From NCBI RefSeq assembly GCF_001194135.2, contig NC_068991.1, forward strand, positions 17,150,388 through 17,214,387: a stretch of DNA of 64,000 nucleotides, given 5' to 3'. Source of the stretch: Octopus bimaculoides (Eukaryota). Below are positions 51,703 to 64,000 of this stretch, one piece after another; position 1 is the first letter of the stretch; each line of letters opens with the position of its first letter. The notes beneath the pieces were generated by a model, which worked only from the letters and a program-made list of their open reading frames with translations, did no database searches and was not told the DNA's origin. The position numbers were made by a program, and so were the translations under genes.

Positions 51703-53945
51703 CTAATGGTTCTCAAAGGGTGTGCCTGGAGATATACTTAGGTGTGCCCTACGAAATTTTAGGATCTAGGTAGATGTTTGTAATGGTAAAAAATGAATTT
51801 ATAGCACATTATATCCTCACTTCAGCATTGAAATGTTCTTTACAGCAGATCATTATTATGTTAAGAGTGGAAAGATATCCAGCAAGGAACAGCTGGTTGC
51901 CCAGAAGAAGGTTTTATACACATTGTAAACTCGTTCAAACAAGTTCTGTATTGATGAGCAAGTGCGGCTGCTCAAGGTAGTGTAGCAGTAATAGGTTCTG
52001 CAACTGGAAGTGTTGTGGTAAATAGTGCAACGTTTTTTCGTGACACACATTCCTGTCACTGATATGTCTATCTACCCATCTAAAACTTTAATACTTTATG
52101 GAATTTTAGCCTATTATCGTGTTAACATTTGTTAGAAGTGATAGATAAAAGTTTCAGATAAATATACAATAATACACCCATGCAAATGGATAGATTTCTA
52201 AAACAGAAACGTAAATGGAATTCCGGAAGTGAACACAGCAGAAACAGTTCCAGTAAGAGAGCCAAAGCACAGTCTACTCGCAAGTACGACGAAAGTTATA
52301 TAGGATTTGGTTTTCATTGGGGTGGAAACATTGATCATTTGCTGCTCTGTTTAATATGTGGATGTAAAATGTCAAACGAACCATTGTTCCCTGTAAACTG
52401 AGCAAGCATCTTAAAACAAAGCACTCTCATTTACAAGGTAAATCTCTAAGTTATTTCAAAAGATTGATAGAACAGCAGATGATAGCAGGAAACTCTTTTG
52501 AAAGCATTATGATGATTTATGAAAAAGCTCAAATTGCTTCTTATGACGTTTCAGAACTGATAGCATCAAATATGAAAGCTCATACTTTAGCCGGGTCACT
52601 CATTCTGCCTGCATGTAAGACGGTTGTGAAGACAATGCTGGGAAATGAAGCAGCAAAGGAAATAAGATGCCTCTGTCCAACGCTACTGTCCACAGACATA
52701 TTCTAGAAATGTCATCTAATATCGAGGAAAATGTTTGTAGTAATAAACTTCAGTATTCAGATTTTGCATTACAAATTGATGAGTCAACAGACAATGCCAA
52801 CAAATCGCAGCTCTTAGCATAGATTTGTTTTATTGATGAGGATCAAATTATTAATCAATTTCTTTTTTTGCAAAGAATTAAGTGTGACTACAAAGGGCGA
52901 AAATGTTTTCAACATTTTGAATAATTACCTGTGCAAATGGCAAATATCAATGAAGTCATGTGTCGGCATTTGTACAGATGGAGCTCCATCAATGGTAAGT
53001 TACGTTAAGAGCCTTACATCCTTTGTAAAAAAGCAAAATGAAAATGTCATAACTCACTGCTTTCCTCTCTGTAGAAGCATTGATGGCAAAAACATTAGGA
53101 GACAAATTAAGAGAAGTTTTGAATCAAGCTGTTGAGCTTATAAATTGTATAAAAACGAGACCAGTAAAGTCACATTTATTCAAGCAGTTTTGTATCAATA
53201 TGGATTCGCAACACAGACGCCTGCTTTTGCGCACAGAGGTGAGGTGGCTTTCAAAGGGGAAAAGTACTTAATCATGTGTATGAGCTATGACAAGAGCTAC
53301 TGAAGTCTTTTGAAGAAAAGGAACAAAACCACTTTTGGTGAGCTTCTTCGATGTAAATTTTGGATTAGCAGATTAGTGTATTTGGCTGATATATTTCACC
53401 ACCTCAGTATTTTGAATATTAGCATGCAAGGAAATGAAGAAAATATTTTGACATCTACTGATAAAATGAAATCATTTCAGAAAAAAACTACTTATCTGGA
53501 AGAGAAGAGCTGAGGCTAATTTGGAAATGAAGGAATCTAATCTTCAAAAATATTGGATTTCAATCAGAGGAATGAATACCAGTCAATATCCAAAAAGGCT
53601 TTAGCCATTTTACTGCAATTTTCAATGTCATATTTATGCAAATTAGGATTTTCCACTCTCACCAGCATCAAATGCAAAAAGAGAACAAATCTTCAGTATA
53701 TTGACAAGGAAATGAGAGTTTGCTTATCGTACATACGTCCCAACATTGAAGAAATTGCCAAGACATGCCAGGCTCATTACTTCTCATCAGTGCAAAATTG
53801 ATGATGAATAAAGGTATATACCCTTTTTTCAGATATTTCTGCATTTCTTTGCATTTTGCATTATATTTCCTAGCATTTTGTGTGTAGTCGGCCTGCAATT
53901 TTTTGTAAGGCCTCAAGCGTGCCAAGACTTCTGAAAGTTTGAGAA
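51703..53945 (+). mobile_element. hAT (Charlie/Buster, ZBED8/SCAND3-like) transposon, pseudogenised and internally deleted
   Basis: TIR-like CTAATGGTTCTCAAA; fragments RKYDESYIGFGF...CLIC (BED-like), HTLAGSLILPAC, FALQIDESTD, ICTDGAPSM, LLLRTEVRWLSKGK, LAYLADIF-like LVYLADIFHHL, YLCKLGFSTL; right end AAAGTTTGAGAA lacks its last bases. Confidence 0.9.
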
Positions 53946-54295
53946 GTGGCTTTCTTCTTGCTGCTCTGCCATAGTAACCAAGTTTGTGGAGTTATCTGAC
54001 AGCAGTTCTGAGACTGACATCAACTTATTCTAAGTCAGGCCTTGCAACGAGAAGTATCCTTTACACTTCTCTTAGCAAAGAGAAGAGTTCTGTTAGAGGG
54101 CCCTGGTTGATCTGGGTGAGGTGATGTGGACTCTTTCCCTTCTCTGGTGAATTGCACAGTCACTCTATCAACTGTAGAAAGCGGGATCCTAAGGTTTTCT
54201 GTGATTTTACGTTGACTGTGTCAACCCTCAGAATGACCCACAATATGGCCTGCTTGAAATTCAGACAGTTCCAAGGCTTCTTTTGTATATGGCAT
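53943..54295 (-). mobile_element. Tc1 transposase N-terminal fragment
   Basis: MPYTKEALELSEFQAGHIVG...[19 protein letters not shown]...FTREGKE, then (frameshift) VSLRTAVR*LHKLGYYGRAARRKPLL. Confidence 0.8.
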
Positions 54296-54637
54296 GATTA
54301 AACAGTCACATATAGAACTTGAAACATAAAAATGTCAATTAACAAAAATAATTAACCTTTAGAGAAGTTAGAGTAAACATAAAACAGTGTTTTATGGGAT
54401 GTCTATTTACTTCGGTCACATCTCTGCATGTGTGTGTGTGTGTGTATATATATTTACTATAGCTTTGTATATTGACTGCTATTTCCAGTAAATATTGGTG
54501 CATTGTTGTACCTCTATCCTATATTTATATGTACTTTTATTCTTTTCAGTCATTTGACTGCAGCCATGCAGGAGTACCACCTTTATATAGAAAGATATTG
54601 TATAGGTAGATATATATATAGGTATATATAAATATAT

Positions 54638-54723
<86 letters not shown>

Positions 54724-57700
54724 ATGGTTATCCTGAAGTTGTACCCAGTAAGTTTTATAAACAGTTAGACATGTGGAATAAAATTATATATAACTCCAAA
54801 GCATGTATAATATAGGCAATAAACTTTATAGTGAGAGTCACACTTCTTGTGGGAATTATTGACACACTCCACTACACTTCAATTAGACAGCTTTGATATT
54901 TCTCACGTCACAGCACAAAAGAAATGACAGTACACACCATAAAGAAAGCACAAAATCTTTTAAATACATTTATGTAGCTTGTCTAAACTGTTTAAAACTT
55001 TTACTGTTGCTGAAAGCAATGTAAATTTGCGGTTGCTTTGCCAGTGAAAGCCATGAAGTTCCTGTTCCTCTCTTCTTTTTCAATACCTAATGATTTCAAA
55101 TGTAAGAGCTAGACCAGGATTTATGATGATGATCTCTGGTGTTCAACTTTAAATTATTGTTCCCTCTAAACAGTCATAATCCAGAATGTAAAAGTATGTA
55201 AGAAAATTTGATCTGAAACATTCTTACAATTCTAATTCATTACCCATTCGTAATATCTAATATTGTTTCCAAGCAAATTTTTTCTTCCCTTCATTTGATT
55301 GTGATTTATACTATTTCTACATGTCTTTGTATCCTTTTTACATTTTATTACACACATATGTATATATTTATTGAAGGTGGAAAGCCTTAAGAATTTCATG
55401 TAAATGATCATCAAACAACTGTGAGAACTTAGGGCGAAATTATGGCTTATAAGTGATAATAAAGTTTAGTCATTATTATTTAGTTATTCATCAAATAAAT
55501 AAATATGCAAAGCTGATTGGGCAGGGCATTACTACTATTCAACATAATGGGAATTTGTTGGATGAAAAATGATTGGGTGTTGTGGAAAAAAAATCTATCC
55601 ATAATCTTATGTGAAAACATATCTGGATAAGGGGAAACATTGCCTTACTTGGAAACTGGTGAGGGTTAGCAATAAAAAGGACATCTAGCTGTTGAAAATT
55701 GGCTTCAGTGGACTATATCTGAGCCATGCAGGAATGGAAAAGCAGACATTAAAATGATGATACATACATACATACATACTTATTATTATTATTATTATAT
55801 GTATTTATTTTCTCCTATATATATATATATCATGGCAATGACAAATGACCGAAACCTTTGGCAATATGCTGTGCTTGAGAAGACCTATCAAGACAAGTGG
55901 AATCGTAGTCATGGCAGATACTGGTGTCACACAAATGGCATGTAAAAAACACCCATTATACTCTTGGAGTGGTTGGTGTTAGGAAACGCATCCAGCTGTA
56001 GAAACCATGCCAAACCAAACTGGGGTCTGGTGCAGCCTTCCAGCTTGCCAGCCCTGGTCACACCATCTAACCCATGCCAGCATGGACAAAGGACGTTAAA
56101 TGATGATGTTGATAGATATATATATATGTTTGTTAAAAAATTCACTCTGCAACTATGTGGTTATAGGTCCCATTCTACCCTGTGACACTGTCAACAAGTG
56201 TCTGTAGTGTCAGGTTGACCTCCAGTCCTTCAGTAGTGATACTCTATGTCCTAGCCATGTATGTATATATATATATATANNNNNNNNNNNNNNNNNNNNN
56301 NNNNNNNNNNNNNNNNNNNNNNNNNNNNNNNNNNNNNNNNNNNNNNNNNNNNNNNNNNNNNNNNNNNNNNNNNNNNNNNATATATATATATATTATGTAT
56401 GTATATATATATATATATTATGTATGTATTTATTGAATATATATTCTCTCACAATCTGTTTATATTAGTTTTTTTGGGGGGGGGTTTTGACACAGTGTTA
56501 GGTTATATAGCCCACCTCTCCCTCACCTTGTATGATACATTCCTCATTCCAAACCATGTAACTAGCTTCTTAGTTTTCTTCATATTTTCCTTTGTGAAGG
56601 AAACCCAATCTCAAGGTTCTGTCTGTTCCCTTTCCTCCCCTACATCAGATGGGATTTTAGGACTCTGTATGGTGCTAGTGATTGTTGTGGAAGTAGTGAT
56701 AGTAGTAGTAGTAGTAGTACCAGTGTGGTTTAAGAAAGTTTCATGAATGAGGATGTGTGAGAGACTTTCTTTCATGTAGATGTGTTCCTTTTTCTTTTTG
56801 GTGGCTATGCACATGCATAGTCTTTGAGTGAGAAAGCAGAATCTGAGGATAGTAACTTTTGCCGTCAAAGATGTCAAAATTACAACTATACACACACATC
56901 CACCCACTGTTCCCTATATTTATATATCTATACACACACACACACACACACACACATACTACATTGAAATACAAATTAGGACTAAATCTACATACAGCTA
57001 TAGTTCTTTTGTCTTAGCTACCATACTAAGTCTATGCTAGTGCATCAACTTTCAGTGAAGGTATACTTACGCGTGTATAAATGTGTGTGTATATGTATGT
57101 ATACACCTATCTGTACACTGTGTGTGGATATATATGTTTATATGTATGTTTACACACTCACATGCTCTATTTTCCAGCATGTGTACTACACCTCTGAGAG
57201 TTGGATTAAAATATGAGAGAGAGAGAGAGAGACTTCCTTCTTCCATTACTAGTTGTTGAAATAGACATTTTATGTTTGCCTTGTATTAAATTGATTTAAG
57301 TTAAAAAAAAACAACTGCTTTACAGTGCCAAGTGAAATCTGAAGAATTTTGCATATGTATTGAAAGGTATTGGTTTCTTAAGGGTTCTGATGTTCATGAC
57401 AGACTATTTGATTTCAAAGTCTTAAGTTTTTATTATTTTTTTTTTACTTTTTTTTTTGTTCCAATTATTATGTATTCTAAGACACCAGCAGTAATATAAC
57501 AAATGACAGAAAGAGTAAAGAACTAAATATTCAAAAGAAAATGCTGTAGTTTACGTTAGTAGTGTCACCTTACATTATGGCAGTAGGTGTGTGCATGTGG
57601 TTGCAGATATTATGGAAGTGTTGAGTTATTACATCTGTGCATGTGTATGATGTGTGTTTATATTTTAGTCACTCAATCATGATGGTGAAGAAGATAACAA

Positions 57701-58574
57701 TGCAGTTTCTTTAAAAATATCAATATACACATCACAGAGTTTACGTACTAACATGCCACTGTGCATTGAGTGTGTTGTTTTTTTTAAAGTCTGGTACTAA
57801 TTCTATTGGTTTCTTTTGTTGAACTGCTAAGTCATGGTTATCTTAGCAAATCAACACTTGTCAAGCAGAAAGGAGGGGCTAGCACAATGATGCATACACA
57901 AACATATTTGTGCGTGTGTGTGTGTGTGTGTGTATCATCATCATCATTAACATTTAACGTCTGCCTTCCATGGTGGCATGGGTTGGACAGTTTGACAGGA
58001 ACTAGCCAGGCAGAAGACTGCACCAAAGTTCTGTGTCTGTTTTGGCATGATTTTTACTGCTAGATACCCTTCCTAATGCCAACTACCCAGTAAAGTGGAC
58101 TGAGTGCTTTTTATGTGGCACAAGTGAGGTCAGTTTTGGCATGGTTTTTACAGCTGGATGCCTTTCCAAATGCCAACCACTTTACTGTGTGGACTGTATA
58201 CTTTTTACATGGTACCAATATATATATCCTCATCATCATCGTTTAATGTCCGCTTTCCATGCTAGCATGGGTTGGACGATTTGACTGAGGACTGGTGAAC
58301 CGGATGGCTGCACCAGGCTCCAATCTGATCTGGCAGAGTTTCTACAGCTGGATGCCCTTCCTAACGCCAACCACTCCGAGAGTGTAGTGCCACTGGCACG
58401 AGGGCCAGTCACACGGTACTGGCAATGGCCACGCTCGAAATGGTGTATTTTACGTGCCACCTGCACAGGAGCCAGTCCAGCGGCACTGGCAACAACCTTG
58501 CTCGACCTCGCTTGAATGATTTTCTAACGTGCCACCGGCACAAATGCCAGTAAATATAAATATATATATTGACA

Positions 58575-59225
58575 AAAGCACACTAAAAACCAACCAACAC
58601 AATAACACACCCAACCCCAAAATACTTCCATACATCTCCACCCACAACCCCAAAAACATCGAAGCATACACCACAATCAAACAAAACCTCCCCTTACTCA
58701 CCACAGACCTGAAAATGAACAATATCATCAATACACACAAAATCCTTAAATGCAAAAGGCAACACAAATCTTTGAAAACACTATTAACCAATGCCAAACT
58801 ACATACACCACTTCCACCCCCATCAGTTAAAAATGTGCTCGCCCTAATTGTGGTACCTGCCCCTACCTATTTGAAGGCTCTGAATTTACCTTCAAATGAG
58901 GAACAAAGTTTAAAATCAAAACCAATTTCTCTTGTTCCTCTGGTAACCTCATTTATGTCCTCACAGGCGCAGGTTGCCAAAACTTCTATATCGGACAAAC
59001 GAGCCTCCCATTCCGTAGAAGAGTAGCAGTCCATAAAGAACAAATAAATCTCCCTCAATACCGCCAAATTCCACTCAGTGGCCATATAGACTCTTGCACC
59101 AGAAACAAAAACCCTAAATTCCTTATATTCCCTTTCTATCAATGTAAAGACAGAATCTCCACACAAGAAAGAATCAACAAGGAGAATCTTTTCATAGAGA
59201 AATTCCAACCATTTCTAAACACACA
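58575..59225 (+). mobile_element. Penelope-like element 3' region with GIY-YIG endonuclease, pseudogenised
   Basis: LPYISTHNP...KRQHKSLKTLLTNAK, frameshift to KCARPNCGTC...FSCSSGNLIYVL...FYIGQTSLPFRRRVAVHKEQI...SGHI...KENLFIEKFQPFLN; one stop codon. Confidence 0.92.
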
Positions 59226-59567
59226 TACCCCTCAGTGACCTTATTTCTCTAGGAACAGACATAAACTTCCTGTTGAAAAGAGTTCATAACTCCAACTANN
59301 NNNNNNNNACACAACTCTCAATTCTCATGCATCCTTATTTTTCCAACCATTATCTACATGAACTACCATTGAATTTCAAAAGCTCAAAGACAATATAATG
59401 TATTGGTATATTTATTTTTTTATATATTATTTTCTTCAATTTGTACTTCTTTGTAAAAAAACATTTTCATTCTCCTTCTTGAAAATTTGCTTCGCAATGA
59501 AAGCCGGTTAGAAATCTTTATTAAAATATGCTTCCAGTTTAACATTCTGCCTTATTCTTCATTTTCC

Positions 59568-59598
<31 letters not shown>

Positions 59599-62500
59599 GC
59601 ACACACATACATGCATCCACATACACACAAAGAGCTTTTGTCTACTAGATTCACTCATAAGTCATATGTTAACCCTGAACTACCTTATCCAATATGCCTT
59701 ACATTTTGTTTTAGATTAGGTTGTAATTTGATGAAGTTGGCTGTTATTTCTAACAGGTCAAGCAATGACCTTACATATGTGGTTTGTTGTGCATGTGTAA
59801 TAATGATTCTATTGCTGTAGGGAATAATATTTTTATTATTTAGGGTGTTAAGCAAATGAATAACCATGCTACATGTATTTTCCGGTGGGCTGCGATTTGA
59901 CATGGAAAATACTCTCTCAAAGTGTGACGTGTTGAAACACCTGAAAGTCATGGAGAGGCAAGGTAGTGGATTCTTTCACCTGCACATGACCCAGTGCTTT
60001 GAGAGAGTTTTCTTCAAGCTAAATTGCAGCCTACCAGCAAATACGTGAAGCATGTACGTTAAGTATATGTGGTTGATAATGTTTATTACACTAGTGCTGT
60101 TTCTATTTTGTATTTGAACACACATACACACTAAGCATATGTATATTATACACAATACATGTATATATTGTGTCAAGATTTAAGGTTTCATAATTGCATT
60201 GCTTAAGTTTCCTGCCAGCCTAGGGTTAATCATTTTATCATTGCACTTACTTGGCATGAAATTTAAGTAAGTGGGCTGTGAAATTTTGAATCTCTTTCTC
60301 TCGCTCCTCCTATAGAATATGTGTTACTGTATGCTCAGTGCTGCTTTTGAAGCAAAACCTTTTTTTTGGAGACAATGGCTAATAGCAGCTGGTACCAAGT
60401 ACAGTACATTTGTGTTGAGAATTGGTTGGCCTTGATGAATTATTCTTTTTCTACCACTCTCTGTAGAGATAAACTAATGCATATGCATGCACAATAATAA
60501 CTGCTATTTGCATATATCTGTGTGTGTGTGTGTGTGTCTTTCTGTACACACTCTTTTGGTTCAGTCATTATGTACTGCCTTTTGACCAAAATCAACCCCA
60601 GTAAAGTCTGGTATTTCTTTAGCATTCTCTTTTTGAACTGCTAAGCTAGGGAAGACATAAACCATTGACAGTTGTCAAGTGGTGAGAAGCACACACAAAT
60701 GCATGCTTGTGTGTACACACACACACGCACACATAATTTAAAAAATATAAATACTAGTTAGGAAGAGTATATGAAAAATCTAAAATACCACGTGAACATT
60801 GGTTGTGATCTGATTATTTGTAATTGCTTTCAAACCTTTGAGTAATATTTTCCTTTTCTTATGATCATTTTTTTAATAAGGAATGGAAGGATTTAAATTG
60901 CAGTAAATTGCTTTTCCTCTTGTAATGTCAAGGATTGGTCTACAGAACACAGTGAACTATCACTCCTTTTGCAATGGCTGTTTGGATGGGTTTTGTGATA
61001 GTGAAATTAAGCAGGCTTTCTTCAGTCTGTCAACTTACCACTCCCTATGTGATGATAGTGTTCTAGAAGGGATTCAACCCCTGATAGAAAGGAAAAGAAT
61101 TATGAGAATAAAATGTTGTTGAAAGGAAGATGTTAAGCCATAACACTGTTGCTATGGAGTTTTATAACGGGGTCCAAGGCTCTTTATTGAAATGGGTTCT
61201 TTTAGACTAATAGCAAAGGTTAAACTTAGTTTTACTCCTACTGTGTTGACTTTTGCAGTACTGCAACTGTTGTGGCTCTTACCTGCAGGACCTGTTTTCA
61301 ATTAGGTAAACTGGGCTCCATTTGAAATTCAAGTGGTTTTGAACAAGGACACAGTACAGTTTTGGTGATGGACATTGACCTTGTTGTTGGTTATCTGCTT
61401 ATTCCAGTAGTGTTCAGCCCAACAAAGACCAACCCTACTCCACAAGTAATTTTGAAATTTTTTCTCATCCTTCCTCATAAGATAGATTTTGCAGCTATGT
61501 AATTCTTTCTTCTCTGGTGTGTTTGTCAAGTTTAGAAGAGGAAACCATTTTAATTTGATTAAATATGATTATTTGTCCACTCCCTTTTCAGTTCCTTCCC
61601 ACGAGAAACACTATGCGACCCTATTTACCTAGCCATCTATGCATTCTCATTGTTGATAGACGAGGAATTACAATAAGCAACATACATTTATTTATATTTA
61701 TGAGACCAACTTTGCCAGTCTGTGGCCTTTTCATGATTGATGAAATAAACACCGGTTGTTATTGTTTAGTCCAGGTCAATCCTGATTATGTAGGCCTTAT
61801 AAAGACATTGCAACTGTGGATATCTGGAAGTACATTGTGTCCTGCTCTTTTTTAAGTCGGCAGAGTGTTGTTTTAGGGGAATTTGGTTGCTGTTTTTAGT
61901 AGCTCAGCAGCTACTTAGATGTTTCTTTGTCAGCTGATATACAACATTAATTCAATAAACTTAATAAAGTACAAGGCATTGTCTGTCTGTTAAAAATCTG
62001 TTTTTAACCAAATGACTACTAGGAAAATACGTGTGTGTGTGTGTGTGGTGCAGTGTTGTTGAATAGTGTAACCTACAAAGGCAGTTACCAGGTTTCTGTT
62101 GAAACACACTGCCTTTGCTTCAGTTATTTTGAAATTAATGATGTATTTAGTAAAGTAACTTCATTATTAAGTTGATGCTTGGAATATGAATTAATGTGAA
62201 ATTTTGATGGAAGATTTTAATTTAAGTCACTTTGAAACAGAAAGTTTGTATGATAGAACTAGCATCAGTTTCAGACAAGTTGGTATCAAAAGTTAAAGCA
62301 GTGTTGTTTTTGTTAGCTACAGGTCAGTCCTGATTGAGTAGGCATATGATCAAAAGCATTCCAACCATGACCTGGTTGCCTTGTCTGTTTTGTATGAGAA
62401 ACTACATAAATGTTTTCTAAGTTAGCAGGGGGGTGATTAGAGGGAAATTTGGCTCCTCTTGTTTGTTTAAAGCAGTGTTTACTAACCTGTTATATGTAGA

Positions 62501-62802
62501 GGGAGACAAGATAACTTAATGGGAATGACTATAATATTTACTTCAAATTCTGAAAGAAGCAATTTTTGATTCTTCCTGACATAGTGAAATGATGTTAAAA
62601 TTTGGGATTAGGGATTATAGTTCTGTTAATTAGAGCACAAAAAATTTGTCTGGGTCTTAATGATTTGCAGGCTTCTTACCTGTATGTATAGGGTGGTCTA
62701 TGAGAAATAATCTCATAGGAATGGTTTTACTTTCTTTAACCCTTTAGCATTCAGATGACTCTTAAATATGCTTATTTATAAACATTGTTTTTAGTAAATT
62801 TA

Positions 62803-63186
62803 CTCTTTACCCTTTTACTTGTTTCAGTCATTTGACTGCGGCCATGCTGGAGCACCGCCTTTAGTCAAGCAAATCGACCCCAGGATTTATTCTTTGGAAG
62901 CCTAGTACTTATTCTATCGGTCGCTTTTGCCAAACCGCTAAGTTACGGGGGACATAAACACACCACCATCGGTTGTCAAGCAATGGTGGGGGGACAAACA
63001 CAGAAACACAAACATATATATACGACAGGCTTCTTTCAGTTTCTGTCTACCAAATCCACTCACAAGGCTTTGGTCGGCCCGAGGCTATAGTAGAAGACAC
63101 TTGCCCAAGGTGCCACGCAGTGGGACTGAACCCGGAATCATGTGGTTGGTAAGCAAGCTACTTACCACACAGCCACTCCTGCGCCT
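62803..63186 (-). mobile_element. Full-length family D SINE
   Basis: Head GGCGCAGGAGTGGCTGTGTGGTAAGTAGCTTGC through tail GCAGTCAAATGACTGAAACAAGTAAAAG. Confidence 0.9.
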
Positions 63187-64000
63187 GTGTATTATCTTTT
63201 AGTTTCAAGATTTCAATGGTGTGATTTTTTTAATTTTTAGAATGACATTGTAATTTTGGTGTGAGAGGCTGGATCTCAGTGGTTTGATCATATGGAATAT
63301 TTGGGCTTGATATGGCAGCTGGTTATAATGCTAAATGCTTAAAATAATTCTCAATTGCTGACATCTATATAATTTAATAATGTTAAAATTGAGAACAGGA
63401 ATCCATTAATTTGATAGAGATCACAAAAATAGGTCCTTGGGATCAGTAAAATGCTTTTTAGATAAATTGTTTGAATTAAGTGGAATGATGGGATTTCAAG
63501 TATTTCATACTGAAAATAGGGCATTATGAGATGAAAAGATCGGTCAATGACTAATATTGTTTGAATTATCCCTGAAAATACAGTTGAAATGTTTTGCTAT
63601 CTGTTTCACTGATGAGATATAAATAAAACCGAAACATGAAGTCCTTTTTTCATTAACTGTTACACTGTTTTTCATGTGAAAGCTTTTTCTGAATGTTATT
63701 GTTGCTAGATATGTTCTATAGAATTAACTGAGCTCTTTTATCTTGGCACCCACTACACTTTTGGAGTGGCTGGCATTAGGAAGGGCATCCAGCTCTAGAA
63801 ACCATGTCATATCAGATTGGAACCTGGTACAGGTCCCCACCTTACCAGTTTTCAGTCAAACTGTCCAACCCATGCCAGCATGGTAAACGGATGTTAAATG
63901 ATGATGATACATGTATATACACAAACACAGATGGGGGTGGGGCACAAATACAGACTCAAAGACATACACACTTACATATATATATATATATATATATATA

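Noticed and set aside
60925-61855. Short ORFs and a strong minus-strand donor (CAG|GTAAGA near 61283)
   Set aside because: No consistent exon chain or homology could be built; left unannotated.

Overview
Eukaryotic, AT-rich, microsatellite-laden genomic DNA with several N gaps. The SINE repertoire points to an octopod cephalopod, probably Octopus; this rests on my recognition of the repeats, not on a search. There are two credible host coding units, both on the minus strand: exon 1 of a steroid 5-alpha-reductase (SRD5A1-like, 3001-2709) and an intact, unrecognised 99-aa ORF (39613-39314). The latter appears to be spliced from a CpG/ETS/YY1-type promoter near 44.1 kb, whose promoter/donor module is repeated in four copies between 40.3 and 44.1 kb. 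Most of the rest is decayed transposons. A multi-layer nest at 4.4-14.6 kb contains R4/Dong-like LINEs, a solo LTR, tRNA-derived SINEs, a HERO-like LINE and an RT-less Ty3/gypsy element with very short LTRs. Elsewhere are Tc1, hAT, RTE and Penelope fragments, MITEs and many SINEs. The most unusual item is a pair of diverged non-LTR elements (7620-5834 minus, 11499-12540 plus). Each carries only an ORF1-like CCHC zinc-knuckle frame with no ORF2, and each ends in the same ~60-nt 3' tail as one local SINE subfamily. This suggests a HAL1-like non-autonomous retroposon and a SINE sharing one LINE partner.
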